From Vicugna vicugna (Eukaryota), in assembly GCA_013265495.1 (NCBI GenBank), contig MU058531.1, forward strand, positions 3,348,911 through 3,412,910: DNA of 64,000 bases, given 5' to 3'. This document shows positions 26,415 to 39,299 of this stretch, one piece after another. Position 1 is the stretch's first letter, and every line of letters starts with the position of its first letter. The notes below the pieces were generated by a model. It did not search any database, was not told the origin of the DNA, and was given only the letters and a program-made list of their open reading frames with translations. A program made the position numbers and the translations under genes.

Positions 26415-27004
26415 TCGTTCTTAACCTTTTTAATGCCATGGGCGCCTTTGGCAATTTGGTGAAGACTTTGGACTGAGAAGAACACTTTTAAATACATCAA
26501 ATGAAATACAAAGGATCACAAAGGACACAGATTATGTGGATATGCTTTTATCAAAGTATTTTTTGAAATTGTGACATAGCAGGGTGCTTCTTTATCAACA
26601 CACTAAATAGTGGCACACTAAATATCTAGCCATGTGATAACTACCATAATTTCAAAGTAGTGATGAATGTTAGTAGGGAGTGGTTTGCCTGGGGATTTCC
26701 TACTTTTAGCATGGCAAGTTCCACCTTCTGGGAGGCCACTCAGTCTTGGGCACACTGGGGCAACTGGTCATCCTAATTATAGACACTGTTTTAGGGTTTC
26801 TTCCATGAATATAATGTACGAAAATATCTGTGATTTCAGTTGGTGACAAGATCACAGGTACTGCTAGTTCTCCTGAGGTTTGTTGCTTATATTCATAATT
26901 GAAGGAAATGCTAAATTTCTATTTAAGAGTAATAAAAATTTTTTCATCTGAATTTCTGGACTCTCTGAATTCTATCCACAGTTCCCCCTCTTTAAGATTC
27001 CTGC
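26415..27004. mobile_element. hAT-Charlie non-autonomous element (MER119-like)
   Basis: gttcttaacctttttaatgccatgggcgcctttggcaatttggtgaag start and ttaagattcctg end. Confidence 0.75.
26674..26775. mobile_element. hAT-Blackjack MITE (MER81-like) nested in the MER119-like element
   Basis: taggg...ggtttgcctgggga...ttttagca...ctcagtcttgggcacactgggg...tggtcatccta. Confidence 0.7.
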
Positions 27005-27254
27005 TTTGGAAATGCACACAACCAGGTTGCCCACTCTTGGACCCAGTCGTTGCATCTGAAGCCAGCACCATGTATCCTCTTGATTTTTTTTTCCTTTCCT
27101 GGCTAAGCAGCCCTGATCTCCATGGGGGATCTGTTTCTATAACTCTCACATTCCATTTTTTCACAATTCCTTAAAACCTGGCCCTATAAATAAAACACTT
27201 GGTCTAGAAAAACATCTCTTTTATTGAAATATAACTCGTATATTTTTATTTTCA

Positions 27255-27495
27255 TCATCGTCTATCATGGGAGCTAATATTTATTGTGTGTTTCACATGT
27301 GCCAGGCATTGGGCCAAATAGCTTACATACTTGATTTCATACAGTCATCTCAACTACCTTCTGATAGTGGTCTGATTATTAAGCCCATTGTATTGCTAAG
27401 GAAATGGAGTCCCAAGGATGTTCGGTACCTTACCTACAGTCATTTAGCTAGTAAGAGATATAACCAGGATTGTAATTCAGGCAGCTCACACTCTT
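27255..27495 (-). mobile_element. MIR SINE
   Basis: agctaatatttattg...atgtgccaggcat...cccattgtattgctaaggaaatggag. Confidence 0.7.
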
Positions 27496-27619
27496 AGTTT
27501 CTCAAGAAAGAAAATTTAAATGAAGTTTTTAAAGGAATGAAAGAATTCCATTTTTTCCAGTATCTGGTGATGGAGTAGCCCCACTCACTGATCTTACGGT
27601 ATCTCAGACTTGGTCGTGT

Positions 27620-27777
27620 TCAACATGGTCACTCTAACCCTGGTTATGTGTTAGAATCCCTGTCCAGGCCCCACTCCAGACCCTCTGAATCAAGACTGCT
27701 AAGGCAGGGCACAGCATGAATATTTTTTCAAAGTTCTCCCTGTGATTCTGTGATTCGATGGAGTTGAGAAACACTGA
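27620..27777. mobile_element. MER5A-like hAT MITE
   Basis: ttagaatc...ccaggccccactccagaccctctgaatca...gtgattctg...gttgagaaacactg. Confidence 0.65.
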
Positions 27778-29044
27778 CTAGGAGCTTAAACTGAGGTCCT
27801 TGCTTTTTGGGCAGGGCATTTCAGGAATATTTGCTCTGCCCTAAATTCCTTGACCCATCTCAGGCTCTCAGGAGTGTCAGGGCTGCCCCACAGCCCTGGG
27901 AGCCTGCCTGAAAAGTGACAGCCTGCAGGCCTTTCCCTCTGTACGTTTGCCGAGTGGTTCAACCCAGCAAGTGTCAGGGGATTTGCTTTTGAATCTTCAC
28001 CTGATTCCTCATGAAACCTGAGTCAGGAGGTGGTGTCAGCTACCCACACGCTCCCCAGCTCTTCTGACAGAATTTTTTCCGTGCAGGGAGAAAAAAAACC
28101 TCATCCCAGGCGTGTCCTGCCTGCACCATGATGACTTGGCAGTGCTCATCGTGGAACGGCTGCTGACAGCCCACTTAAAAACACATTGATTTTAAAATCC
28201 ATGTACGCTTGAAATTGAACAGTAAGCATACAACAGAAATTTAAATATAGCCAAGTAAATGGAAGAAGATGGATTGAAACCATTAACAAAATTTCCCACA
28301 TAGTCATACAGTCATGAGGGTCGTGAATCTGATGTCAATTTCAGAATGATTTTTGGCATGCCGGTACTCTTTCCTCCAGTTTCCAGAGCCCTGCCACATC
28401 TTCTGAGAATGTTCACGGGTCCCTAGTTCAAACCTGCCCCTTTCTGTGGATCAGAGGCCTTGAAATGGGTAATTTCTGATGAAAAGAACAGAAGAGATGA
28501 TGCAAATTATCTCCTCCCTGCTTCTTGGTCTCTGGAGGCTGGGAGAGGCTGCCATATCTCCTGCAGAGTGAACTCCAGGAACTTCTCTCTCCTTCTCTCT
28601 GTCTGGGCTTTCAGGAGGCTGTGGGCATTTTTATTAACCTCTAAGATGAAGCTTGGAGGGGATGGGCCAGCTATCCTCCTGTTTTTTCTTAACGGAGATT
28701 TCTAAAAGGGAGAGCCCTTTTTGAACATTCAAATATGGCATGAATGAATCAGTATTTTCTAAGTATGATGTTGTCTCTACATCTCATTATTCAATCTGGT
28801 GGAAATCCTTCTCAGAAGTTTCACAGATGAATTATAGCCCCTTTCCCCTTGCTCTTATAAACTACTTCATCCACCTAAAAAATGCAGACCCTATGGCTAT
28901 GCTCCTGTACTCTAATTATTTCTCATGTGTCCTTCCTGGCTCTCCAATCAGATTGTAAATTTATTAAGGGCAAGAAATGGCCCTACCTTTTCTAAATTCT
29001 CCATAATACAAACACAATGCCAAGTACTAAGGAAACAGAACAAT

Positions 29045-29260
29045 GCCGTGCTTAGAGACAAGGTCTCTGGAGTCAGCCAGCCTGAGTTGAAATTGTGACT
29101 TTGACTCCATCACCCACTGGCCTTGTGACCTCAGGCAAGTTGTTTAACCTCCTTGTCCCTAATTGCCTTATAGGTAAACTGCAAATAATGATTCTTGGGG
29201 GATAAAATGAAATGTTACCATAAAGTCTTCAGCGCAGTGCCTGGCAAGGAGTGAGAGCCA
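29045..29260 (+). mobile_element. MIR SINE (preceded by an L2 3' fragment at about 28870-29035)
   Basis: ctctggagtcagccagcctgagttgaaat...tgtgacctcaggcaagttgtttaacctc. Confidence 0.75.
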
Positions 29261-31594
29261 CTCTTCTCACCTGGGGCCATTTATCACATGCTTTGTCGTG
29301 AACATGTTCCCACCTTCTTCCACCCTTTCGTGGCTTCTCACACAGGGACGTTCACAGTGGTGCGAATTTGAATGTATGTCCCTCAATCTATGATGTGGTA
29401 GCTTGAACAATCCTTCCCATGCATTTAGAGAATGTGTTATTTGTCCACGTAATTCCTTTGCCTCACATTAAGAATTTTTTTCTTGTATGCCTTCATCAAA
29501 ATGACCCAATTAATTTATGTTTGCACAGCTATGCAGAGCAGAATAGATTTGAATGGGAGACATTAATGAGGATCAGTGCTTGCTGACTGACTAACCATAT
29601 TGGTGTTCTCCTCCTCCAGCCTGTAAAAAATTAAAATCTACCCCTTATCTAGTTACAGCCACACTCCTCTTGCCTGCTCTCAATTTACTGGCTCAACAAG
29701 ATGACATATTTTGGTAAGTGGCTAACATCTCCAGGTTAAAGGTTGATTAAGGGTGCCTTTCCTTTTAAAAAAAAAATTTCTCCTTGCCCGAATTTTGAAG
29801 AGTTTAGGTACCTAGAGTTATTCTGAATATGAAGTACAAGAAGTTCCTGCCTCTGCTGGAATCAGTCGTGTAACCTGAGTTCTGCGTGCACTGAGTGATG
29901 GAACACAGAGAAGGCGAGGGTGGCAGGGCAGACAGCCCACCAGGTCCTGTTTTACTGCTCCATTTATTTCCCTGCCTTGATTCACAAGAGGATTTACCGT
30001 GCAAGAATATGTATGGCAAAATAGGGGAAAGTGAAGTTTTATTTTTTAGAAATCAGACTAGAAAAACTAAATTGGAAAGGAAAGTCAAAAGCAGCTTCTG
30101 TGTCGCTAGTTCTTAGTTGGCTTTCTTCCTTCTAAATTGTGCCTTTCTTCTTCCGGTTTTATTCTGCTCTCTAGCAGAGAAAGTTATACTTGAGAGGCAA
30201 TGAAAAAATTTTTTGAATGTTTAGCATAAATACCTTGGTATATATATCCTTGATTCTGTGTTTTCTCTATGATGTGTAAAGGGACCAGCCGATAATAAAC
30301 TCATCTTCTAAGTTGTAACTTTAATGGGTGATCAAATATCCGCTGAGCCCTGCTATCCGGTGTTGTAATAGATGGCAGTTGAAATAGCAACATGTTGTGT
30401 TTTCTTGTCTGGAAATTTGGTCTCCCTGCAGCTAGGGTACAGTTTGGACCTTGAAATAATTAAAATTTCACAGGGTGCACAGGCTAAGCCGAAAGCCTGT
30501 GCTTGGGGCCATGCCAGGCCTCCTCTTCCATTACCAAGGGTTATGTCGAGTTCATGACATGGGTCTAGGACGATGCTGGCCCCTTCCTGCTAAGCACAGT
30601 GAAAGGGAATCCAGCTCCCAGCCAGTCCCTGCATAGTTTAGTCACGTCTAGTGCATCAGTGGAAAATGTGACGGACTGTCAGAGGCCAGGTCTGTGACGG
30701 TTAGACAACTTTCCCTTATTAGCTGCATCAAGGCAGCTCAGGGTGAATTTACTTCCACATCTTGTGTAGTTACACCAGCTCTTTAGCTAGGATTTGGGGG
30801 AGGGGTGAAATGGAATGAAAAACACTGACCCTGGACCCTAGTTTAAGGTGAATATATTTATGGCCACTGTTATTCTCATAGTAGCTTTGGGACACAGTCA
30901 GCATTAGGATTTTTTTTTTTCCCTTTTCCTCAAAATGGGAATTAGCAGCTGGAGAGGCCCACCCCATCCCTGGAAATGGGCCATGGTTAGATTGTGGCCT
31001 GAAAAGAATCAGAACCCATGGGCAAGGATGAAAACATCAAACGGAGGTCTGATCTAACACATATGGTGCATTTTTTACACGGGAAGGACTCAGGCTGCCC
31101 ATAGGATGACCTCCCCATAGTCATGAGTGATGAAGTATCAAAGATTGAAGCATCATTGGCAATGGGGCAGGGGGCGGGAAGTGACCATCCCCTGACCCGT
31201 CCATGACTAAACTAAGTCATGGCTCAGGCAGGGCCCTCCCTGAGTGGCTGTTCTCAGACAATGGTGCTGGGATCATTTTCTGGCCCTGGAGAGCCCCATC
31301 CAGTAGTTTTTTGTTCCAGCAGCTGGCCTGGATGCAGTCAGAGCCTCAGATCAAACGTGGATCTTACAGAGCTCAGGTATTCAAATCCCTACCCCAACTC
31401 TCAGCCCTGGAACCCCAACCCCTTCCCTCTCATTTAGGCTATCACCCCTCAAACCCTCAGAAAGAGCTCAGCAGAAAACCACCTCAGCCTTCAGCAGCAC
31501 AAAGATGCAATGATTTTCAAGGGTAAGGAGAGCCCGTACTTTGCAACTCAATAGCAGATCTCCTTGGAGAGAAGGAAATATGCTTTGATTTTTT

Positions 31595-32500
31595 TCTTTT
31601 TAAAAAAGCTTTGTTGAGATATAATACCATTAGTTCGCCTATTTAAAGTATATAACCCAGTGGTTTGGGGTATAGTCACAGATGTGTGCAACCGTCACCA
31701 CAATTTTAGAACATTGTTATCATCTCAAAAAGAAACCCATATCCTTTAAGTATCACCCTCCATTCTCCCCATCCCTTCCCTTCTCCCCTAGCCCTAAGCA
31801 TCCACTCATCTACTCTCTGTGTCTGTAGATCTCCCTATTCTGGACTTTCACATGAATTGACTCATATAGTATGTGGTCTTTTGTGACTGGCTTCTTTTAC
31901 TCAGTGTACAATTTATATTGTATCATGTATTGGTACTTTTACTTTTTACTGGTGAATAATACTCCATTGTATGAATACACCATGTTTTCTTTATCCATTC
32001 ACCCGTTGTTGGACACTGGGTTTTTTCTGCTCTTTGGCTGTTATAAATAATGCTGCAATGAACTTTCCTGCACAAGTTTGTGTGTGGGCATATGTTTTCA
32101 TTTCTCTTGGGTACATACCTAGGTGTGGAATTGCTGGGTCATATAATTTAACTTTTTGAGGAACTGCCAGACTCTTTTCCAAAGCAGCTGCAGCTTTTTA
32201 CATTCCCACCAGCATGTGTGAGAAGCCATGTTTCAACCAACATTTCTTAGTGTCTGTCTTTTTGCTTGTAGCCATCCTAGTGGGTATGAAGTGATATCTC
32301 ATTATAGTTTTGATTTGCATTTTCCTAATAGCTGATGATGTTGAGCATCTTTTCATGTGCTTATTGACCATTTGCACATCTTTGGAGAAATGCCTATTCA
32401 AGTCCTTTGCCTATTTTTATTTTTTTATTATTGCATTCTTTGTATATTCTGGACATAAGTCCATTATCAGATATATAATTTGCAGTATATATCTAGATAT
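31595..32500 (-). mobile_element. L1MB-like 3' end
   Basis: gctttgttgagatataat... with antisense ORF2 remnants YDPAIPHLGMYPREMKTY and [18 protein letters not shown]. Confidence 0.9.
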
Positions 32501-32923
32501 AGCTGTAGGTACAGGTACAGGTATAGATATAATAGAAGTCAGGAGGGTGGCAAAGACGGTTTTCAATTTTAATGCACAGTAAAACTTGTTAAACCTTTTC
32601 TTTGGACATTCATTGATCTCATTCTTAGTCTTTCTCACACTCCCCCACCAGCAACAACTTTCAAGTAAAATTTTCTGTCTTTCTTCTCCCTACAATTCTC
32701 TCCAAACTCCATTTTTCGTAGTTTTCCCCTCCTCTTCTGCTAAGCTTTTTATCATGCGTATAGGCCACTTTTATTATTATACAACTTATGCTCCCCAGAG
32801 CAGTGGCTGGGAGCCAGACTATCAACTGCAAACTTATGCATCACAAGGAAGGCATCCGAGGCAGTGATGTTGAGAAGGAGGTCACCACTTCACAGTAACA
32901 TGCTCCATCCTGCACAGGTGCAG

Positions 32924-33077
32924 CAGAGCCAGGCCGAGGGTGAGTCACGCAGGTGCCTAGGGTGCGAACTTTAAGGAGGCAGCATCTTGCAAGTGCCAAC
33001 CCTCTACTTACTAGTGAATGCCTCCTTAAATTTTGAGCCCTAGGCAACTTACTTGTCTCATCCTAGTCCCAGCCCTG
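32924..33077. mobile_element. Palindromic hAT MITE (MER96-like)
   Basis: Inverted arms gcctagggtgcgaactttaaggaggc / gcctccttaaattttgagccctaggc; termini cagagcc...agccctg. Confidence 0.8.
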
Positions 33078-33179
33078 GGTATGAAAGTCTAAGAGAATCT
33101 ATGGTTTAGAAATGCATGTTATCTTCCTAGTCCAGGAATGGTCTTGACTAAACCCCCATATACCTTAATACAGATATTA

Positions 33180-33454
33180 AAATATAAGCTAAGAATGGTT
33201 CCTCATTTTTAAAGGCTTCAAAAAAATCACAAGAATAATAATATTTCATGACATGTAAAAAATTACAAGAAGTTCAAATCTCACTGTTCATCAATGAAAG
33301 TTATAGATACACACCCATTCTTTTATGAATTGCTTAATAGCTGATTTCTCCCTGTAACAGCAGAGTTGAGTAGCTGCAGTCCAGACTGAATGGCCTGCAA
33401 AGACTGAAATATTTATTATCTGGTCCTTTACAACAAAAAATTTGCCTCCCCCTG
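33180..33454. mobile_element. MER58B-like hAT-Charlie element
   Basis: aagctaagaatggtt...gcagagttgagtagctgcag...aaatatttattatctggtcctttaca...tttgcctccccctg. Confidence 0.8.
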
Positions 33455-36400
33455 GCTTAGAACACCCCTGTCTCCCTGGTTAATTCCTACCTATCCTTCC
33501 TTCCTTCCTGAGCTTCGATTTTACATCGTCTGTGGTCTTTACCGCCAGTCCCTTCCCCCCACCATGGACCCCAGTCCAGAGTGACTGATAGTCAGTGCTC
33601 AATACATATTTCTTGAATAGCTCCCTGAATTATAAATGAATAAAGGCAGTTTCCACCCATTTTTGGTGTCTTCTCGCCTCCCCCAGACCCAGCACACGCT
33701 GGATAGCTGTCCTTCCCCCGACCCTCAGAGCTTGGAACCAGGTCCTTCTGTAGTATCTAGGATGGAATCAGAATTTTCCATTGATGACATTCAAAAGGAT
33801 CTTCTTCAGTCCTGTGAACCCAGAGATCCACGCTTGTCATCTCCACAGACTTGGCCTAAAATACAAAGAAGGGATACCTTCGGACCTCCTTGTTCCCCAC
33901 TTCCCATTTCAACTGACTGTAAAAAACCCTGGGGAAAGTTTCCAAATGTTTTGTGTTTATAAGGGAGCACCTGAGACTGCTGCGATCTGCACTGGGTCAG
34001 GGAGGGAAGAAAGCCCCCTTCTCTCAAGATCCGGGAGCTCTGCCCTTGCCCTTCAGAACCCCCAGTCCTTACAGGTTGATTTCCATCATGGACCAGAGGG
34101 GAGCTGGCTTCTGTTTCTCAGTCCTGGTCAGGGATGAGACCGGTGGCCAAAGGATGGGGACAGCATGCTGTGTTTGTTAGTTGGGGAGATCATTCTTGCA
34201 GTTTGGGAGGTATTTGGCCAGTTCCTTCAAACCATCTGACCCCCCCACCCCCAGCCGCCCCAATACTCTCAATTATAGATCTGAGGGAGCACCTCCCCAC
34301 CCCAGTAAAGACCTAAATACCAATTCTGGCTCTACTATTAACTGTTTGTGTGACCTTACACAAGTCACTTTTAGGTCCTGGATTTTAGTTCCTTTGGGCA
34401 TGAAGGAAAGTGAGGGCAGACATGTATTCATTGCCTGCTGTGTCAGACACTGTATGAATGATTTGCATCTATTAACTGAATGAATGTTTCCTCTTAACTC
34501 TAAAGGCCTCAGCAGTCTGTATCTTCCTGATTTAAGTCCCAACCCTGGATTTGGCACTGAGTGAATCTTCTACCTCTCCCAGCAGTGCCTCCAGAGATTT
34601 GATTTGGAGAGAAACTTGTCACTCAAACACTTTCAGTCGCAGAAGGACAGAGGAGAGATGCTCCTTGATCACTGGCTAAGCCCTGAAATGCGTGCAGCGG
34701 TACAACAGCAAGCACTTAGTGGGCTCTTACTGGGGGCCGGGCCCTGTGTTGCCCAGACGTCTGTGCTCTTTCCCTCCTTTCATTCTCACAGCAGCTGTCT
34801 ATGAGGTCGACATCATGAACATTCCCATTTCACACTCATGATAAGTAACAGGACCAAATTCACACAGTGTCAGGACTTGAACTTGGGTCTGGCTACCTCC
34901 AAAGCCCATGTTCATAACAGCTCCTCAGAAGTTCCCTGGAAGATTCCGATGTAACTCGCCCCAATAACTTGCCAGAGGTTCTGCTCTCTTATTAAATGTG
35001 CAAATGTTGAGCTGGATGAATCCTTGCACTGTTTCTTTCTTCATATGTGAGCTGGGTGTGACCTTTGGATGAAATGGGAGACCCGGGGAACAATAACAAT
35101 TCTTAATGTGAGGGGCGTGTTGGCTATTGAAATGGCGAAGATTTATTTTTATGACTCAGCCTGCAAGGGGGAGGAAACCAAGCCCGAAGGTTTGAATTTT
35201 TTACTGAATTGCTGTAATTTAGAAAGACATTTAAAAAGTTTTATAAGTAAGTAAGCAAGAACAAAGTCCAAAGCAAACTGCACACATCTGACTCAGAATC
35301 TATAGCTTATTCATGATCACGCTGAAATAGTCAAAACGAGCGGGAACATAATTCAGTATTTTTCCATTTTAACTTAAAGTTTTCTCTGATCCTTCAGTGA
35401 TTCCGACCAACTGACCTGAGTATGAAAAACATGACTCAGTAATACTTCTTTCCATAGTCACACCATTAAGATGAAGTTTTCACCTACTTCACAAGGTTGT
35501 GAGGCTGGAGAGGGTAAAAAATGAGCTGGTTGTGTGTTCAAATGCTTGCCCAAAGTTATAAAATCTCCCCTCAATTAAAACTTTTCTCTTCTTCCTCCAT
35601 GCTCTGAGATTCAGAATGAGATACCTGGGGAAAAGAGGACTCAAAAACTACTGCAGAGGCGGCAAAACAAAATCAGAGTCAGCTGTATCCTTTCAGAAAT
35701 GCTGCAAGTGTCGAATGGAACCTGCTTCCTGAAATCCGACCCTTTGGTTTCCCTTTCGTGATGCGAAACTAGTTTTAATAACTTCATCTTCAACTTGAGA
35801 CTAGATAACTTTTTGTCACTGACACCTAGTTGGTCTTATCCCTGTGTTTTGATAGGATAAGGAATCAATCTTTTCAGTAGACCATGCTGAGTAGCCTAGT
35901 TTCAGAAAGATTTAGCACCAAATTATAAATGGTGACACTTTAATAGTGAGTGTGGATGTGTCTCGAGAGCCAGCATGTGGGAGTTTGGCAGTTGGAAAGC
36001 CCCATGGCTTCAGTTTTTCCAGATTGTGTACCCTTCCATCAAATAGTCATTTCTTAGCCTTGAAAAACTCTCTTCTAGGACCAGGGACAAGTTCATCTGA
36101 GTTCTAAATTGGTGAATCCAAAACTTGTCTAGTAGCAAATGCATTATTATTCTCTTTAATGAGGCCAAGAAAATGGTCTCAGGCCCTGCACGGACCAGCC
36201 AATTCTCCTTTCGATGGCCACAGACCAGATGTGGATGCCATAATGACAGTGTGACTGGCAGGACTGATGTTTTGTGAGGGTAATGCCATTATTGCAGCAA
36301 CCGTATTTTCCAACTAAAAATCTGGGAACTTTTTATGGAGAGGAGAGAGGGACAGAAGATTTGAAATTGAGACTGACCCACAATGATTGGTCTTGGGCGC

Positions 36401-38224
36401 TATGGATCACAATATAAAGGGAAAAGATGGTGAGTGCAACTCACAACTAGTGCAAAATCTAATTTGTTGTTAGAAAAATCAGGAGCCTGAAAATGAATGA
36501 CTTAATAGTGGTGGCCAAGAATTGTCCACATGTAAAGACAACACATTGGAAGCCTAGAATGGGATCCACTAAGTGTTTCTCCCAAAGTTTTTGTTTTTCT
36601 GTATTTTGGCAAGTATTTGGTAGCTACCATGCTTTGGAATTGTGAAGGTAATTAAATTGATTGATTTTAAACACCAGGTCATGCTCAGCTAAATAAGGGC
36701 TGTTTCTTTCTAAGGAAACACCTTGAAAGGCTCTCCCTGTTTTCCATCCCTGCTGCCATTATGCAAAATGTCTTAATCCTTTGAGTTTGGATTGAGATTT
36801 TCAAAACAATCCGTTCAAGCATCCTGGCTAATGGTGGTTTGGGTAAATATTGGTGTGTGACTATGAGGGATAGGACTGGTTTTATTGAGGGTCTTATAAA
36901 CTGGCCAGGGGTGAAAGGAGGTGTCTGGAAATATTTTGAGCAAAGGTAAAATTACAAGTCCTACATATAAAACTTGAACACAAACTTGGCCATTGCTTCG
37001 CATTGGCTTGGTCACTGATTTCCTTCAGTGCCAATGGGTAGTTCAGAAGCACCCACAAACTCATAATGCACCTTTGATTTGGACCCAGGCTCAGAAACAC
37101 CAAGCTCATGCCAGAGGGCAGATTGAAATTGGCCCCATCTCCTTCACCCCTCTTGGTGCCTTACAAGGGCACCGCACACTCAACGATATGTCACTGGGTA
37201 GTACTGTATGGAAGAGAATTAGAAGAGCTGCTCAAGCCCAAACCTACAGTTGTTTTTCTCTTGGATTCATATATTATGTGCTCAGCACAGTGGAGTCTGT
37301 TGAATTCCAATGGTCTGAAATATAAGCAAATTAAACTGGTCCAGCATGACTGCTTTTCTAGGTGAATATAAAATAAGTATTTGGTGACTTTATGAACTAC
37401 AGAATTCTTGAGCTGGAAGCCTCATCTTCTGTGACTTTATTCTGCTCCACCTTTTATGGATAAAGTAGCCCAAGCCCTAGACAGGTGAAGTTACTTGACT
37501 AAGGTTCACATAGCTAATGACAGAAGACACGGAACTAGAATCTGGATCTCCAAAGACTGTCTCCTGATCTCTAAAGTAGGATAGAAACATATGAGGCAAT
37601 CTGTCCCATATAGGCACTCTGTTAATGTCAGCTGATTCTGAACCCTGATGCTTTTAGGGTTCCTGGGATGCACAGACTCCTGGTCCAGCACCTGTCCTGG
37701 AAGAGTTCATGGTGGGGTGATGGAGGCTGACCTGACCTGCCCTTGTTATTCCATCATTTTCTCAATTGCAAATAAACTTGGTTGGTGCATAGTTCATCGG
37801 GTTTGTGCTGTGTTCTCTGGTCTGTTCCAGTTTTCACGGTTTATCCTGTCTTCAGTTCTTTAAGAAGCTGGCTCATCTTGTTGCAATAATATTGTCAGTT
37901 CTTTAAGTACTCAGAGATGCCCTTTTAATTTGAATGTAGCCAAGTTTTGTGAGTTCATTTCTCCCCTTAGTCCAGTTTCTTTCCATCCTTCACTTGGCAG
38001 GTAGCTCTTTCTCTGGTTAATGACCGTAAGTTCTTCAAAGCATCCAGAGCAGCCATGGGCTCCCTCCCAGTCTCTCAGGAGGATATTTCCCCTTGTTCTT
38101 TTTCTCTTGTTTATGGGAAGCAGAGCCAAATGTGAGACACTGAGCCCAGCCAGAGGGGCCAGACCTGGCCCAGGAAGAGCCAGAATGGCCTGAGCTGCAA
38201 GGAATCCAGCCAGGAATCCCAGGC

Positions 38225-38720
38225 TCATAAAACATTAGCTCTGGAAGGACCTTGGGGACCACTAAGTCCAATGCTTCACTTTACAGTGAAGGAAACTGAG
38301 GCTCAAGGAGAGGCAGTGGCCTTGCCCAGGTCTGGCCAAGCATCAGTTTCAGAGCTGGGCCTGTAACCTGGTTGTTCTCAAGCCAGCTCTCCTCCCCCGT
38401 GCCAGATGCCAGACGCTATTTCTGACCCATAGGTGTGGAGCTGAACTGATTGTAATATGACAGTTAAGTTATTGAAGGCTCCAGAGTGGTTAAGTGAGCT
38501 CAGGAGCCAGAGTGTCTGAGTTGAAATTCTGACCCTCTACTTCCTGGCTCTGTGACCTAATGAAAGTTACTTAATCTCTCTGTGCCTCTGTTTCCTCATG
38601 TCTAAAAGTCTAATAATTTGATCTACTTCTTTCGGTTTTTGTAAAAATCAATAGGTTGTTATATGTTAAGTGTTAACATGTGTTGATAAAAATGTTTTTA
38701 ATTTTAAAGCATTTAGACAG
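38225..38720. mobile_element. Two MIR SINEs in opposite orientation (about 38225-38400 minus; about 38500-38720 plus)
   Basis: gaaggaaactgaggctca...cttgcccagg and tgtgacc...aagttacttaatctctctgtgcctctgtttcctcat. Confidence 0.75.
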
Positions 38721-39299
38721 TATTTGTTGGCACTATTTGTTGTTGTTTCTCAAGCCTCAATTTTTAAACATAATTTTGTGTTATCTCCCTATGAATAGAG
38801 ATGTTTCTCTAGGGACCCTGAAGGAATAACTCTTAATTGTGGGATATAGGGTCTGCCAGAAGAGTGGGAGGGAAGAACTGTATAGTCTAAGAAGTCTTCC
38901 TGGAGGAGGTGGGCTGTCCTGGCTGAGACCTGACAGGAGTTGGGATTGCTCATCTTCCAGTAGTGAGAAGGCAAAATACTCCATCATAAGAAGACTGACC
39001 ACCATTCTCACTTGCAGGAGCCCATGTGGCTTATTCCAAATATGATGTTGATTTCAGAGGCCTTTACCATTTTGCCTTAGCCCCTTTTTTTCCCAAAAGA
39101 AATTACTTCACATAAAATTTAAAGTGATGTAATTTCTCTCAATATAATAGGAATGTTCCTGTTTTATTTTCAGAGCACCTATTGTGAAAGTTGCCTTCAA
39201 TCCCTTGCAAAAGGTTGTTGACAACAACTGTTAGATGTGAGGCATTTGCTTGTTTATACAGTTGGTCATTTTCAGTAATGAATTAAGCACTCATAAACT

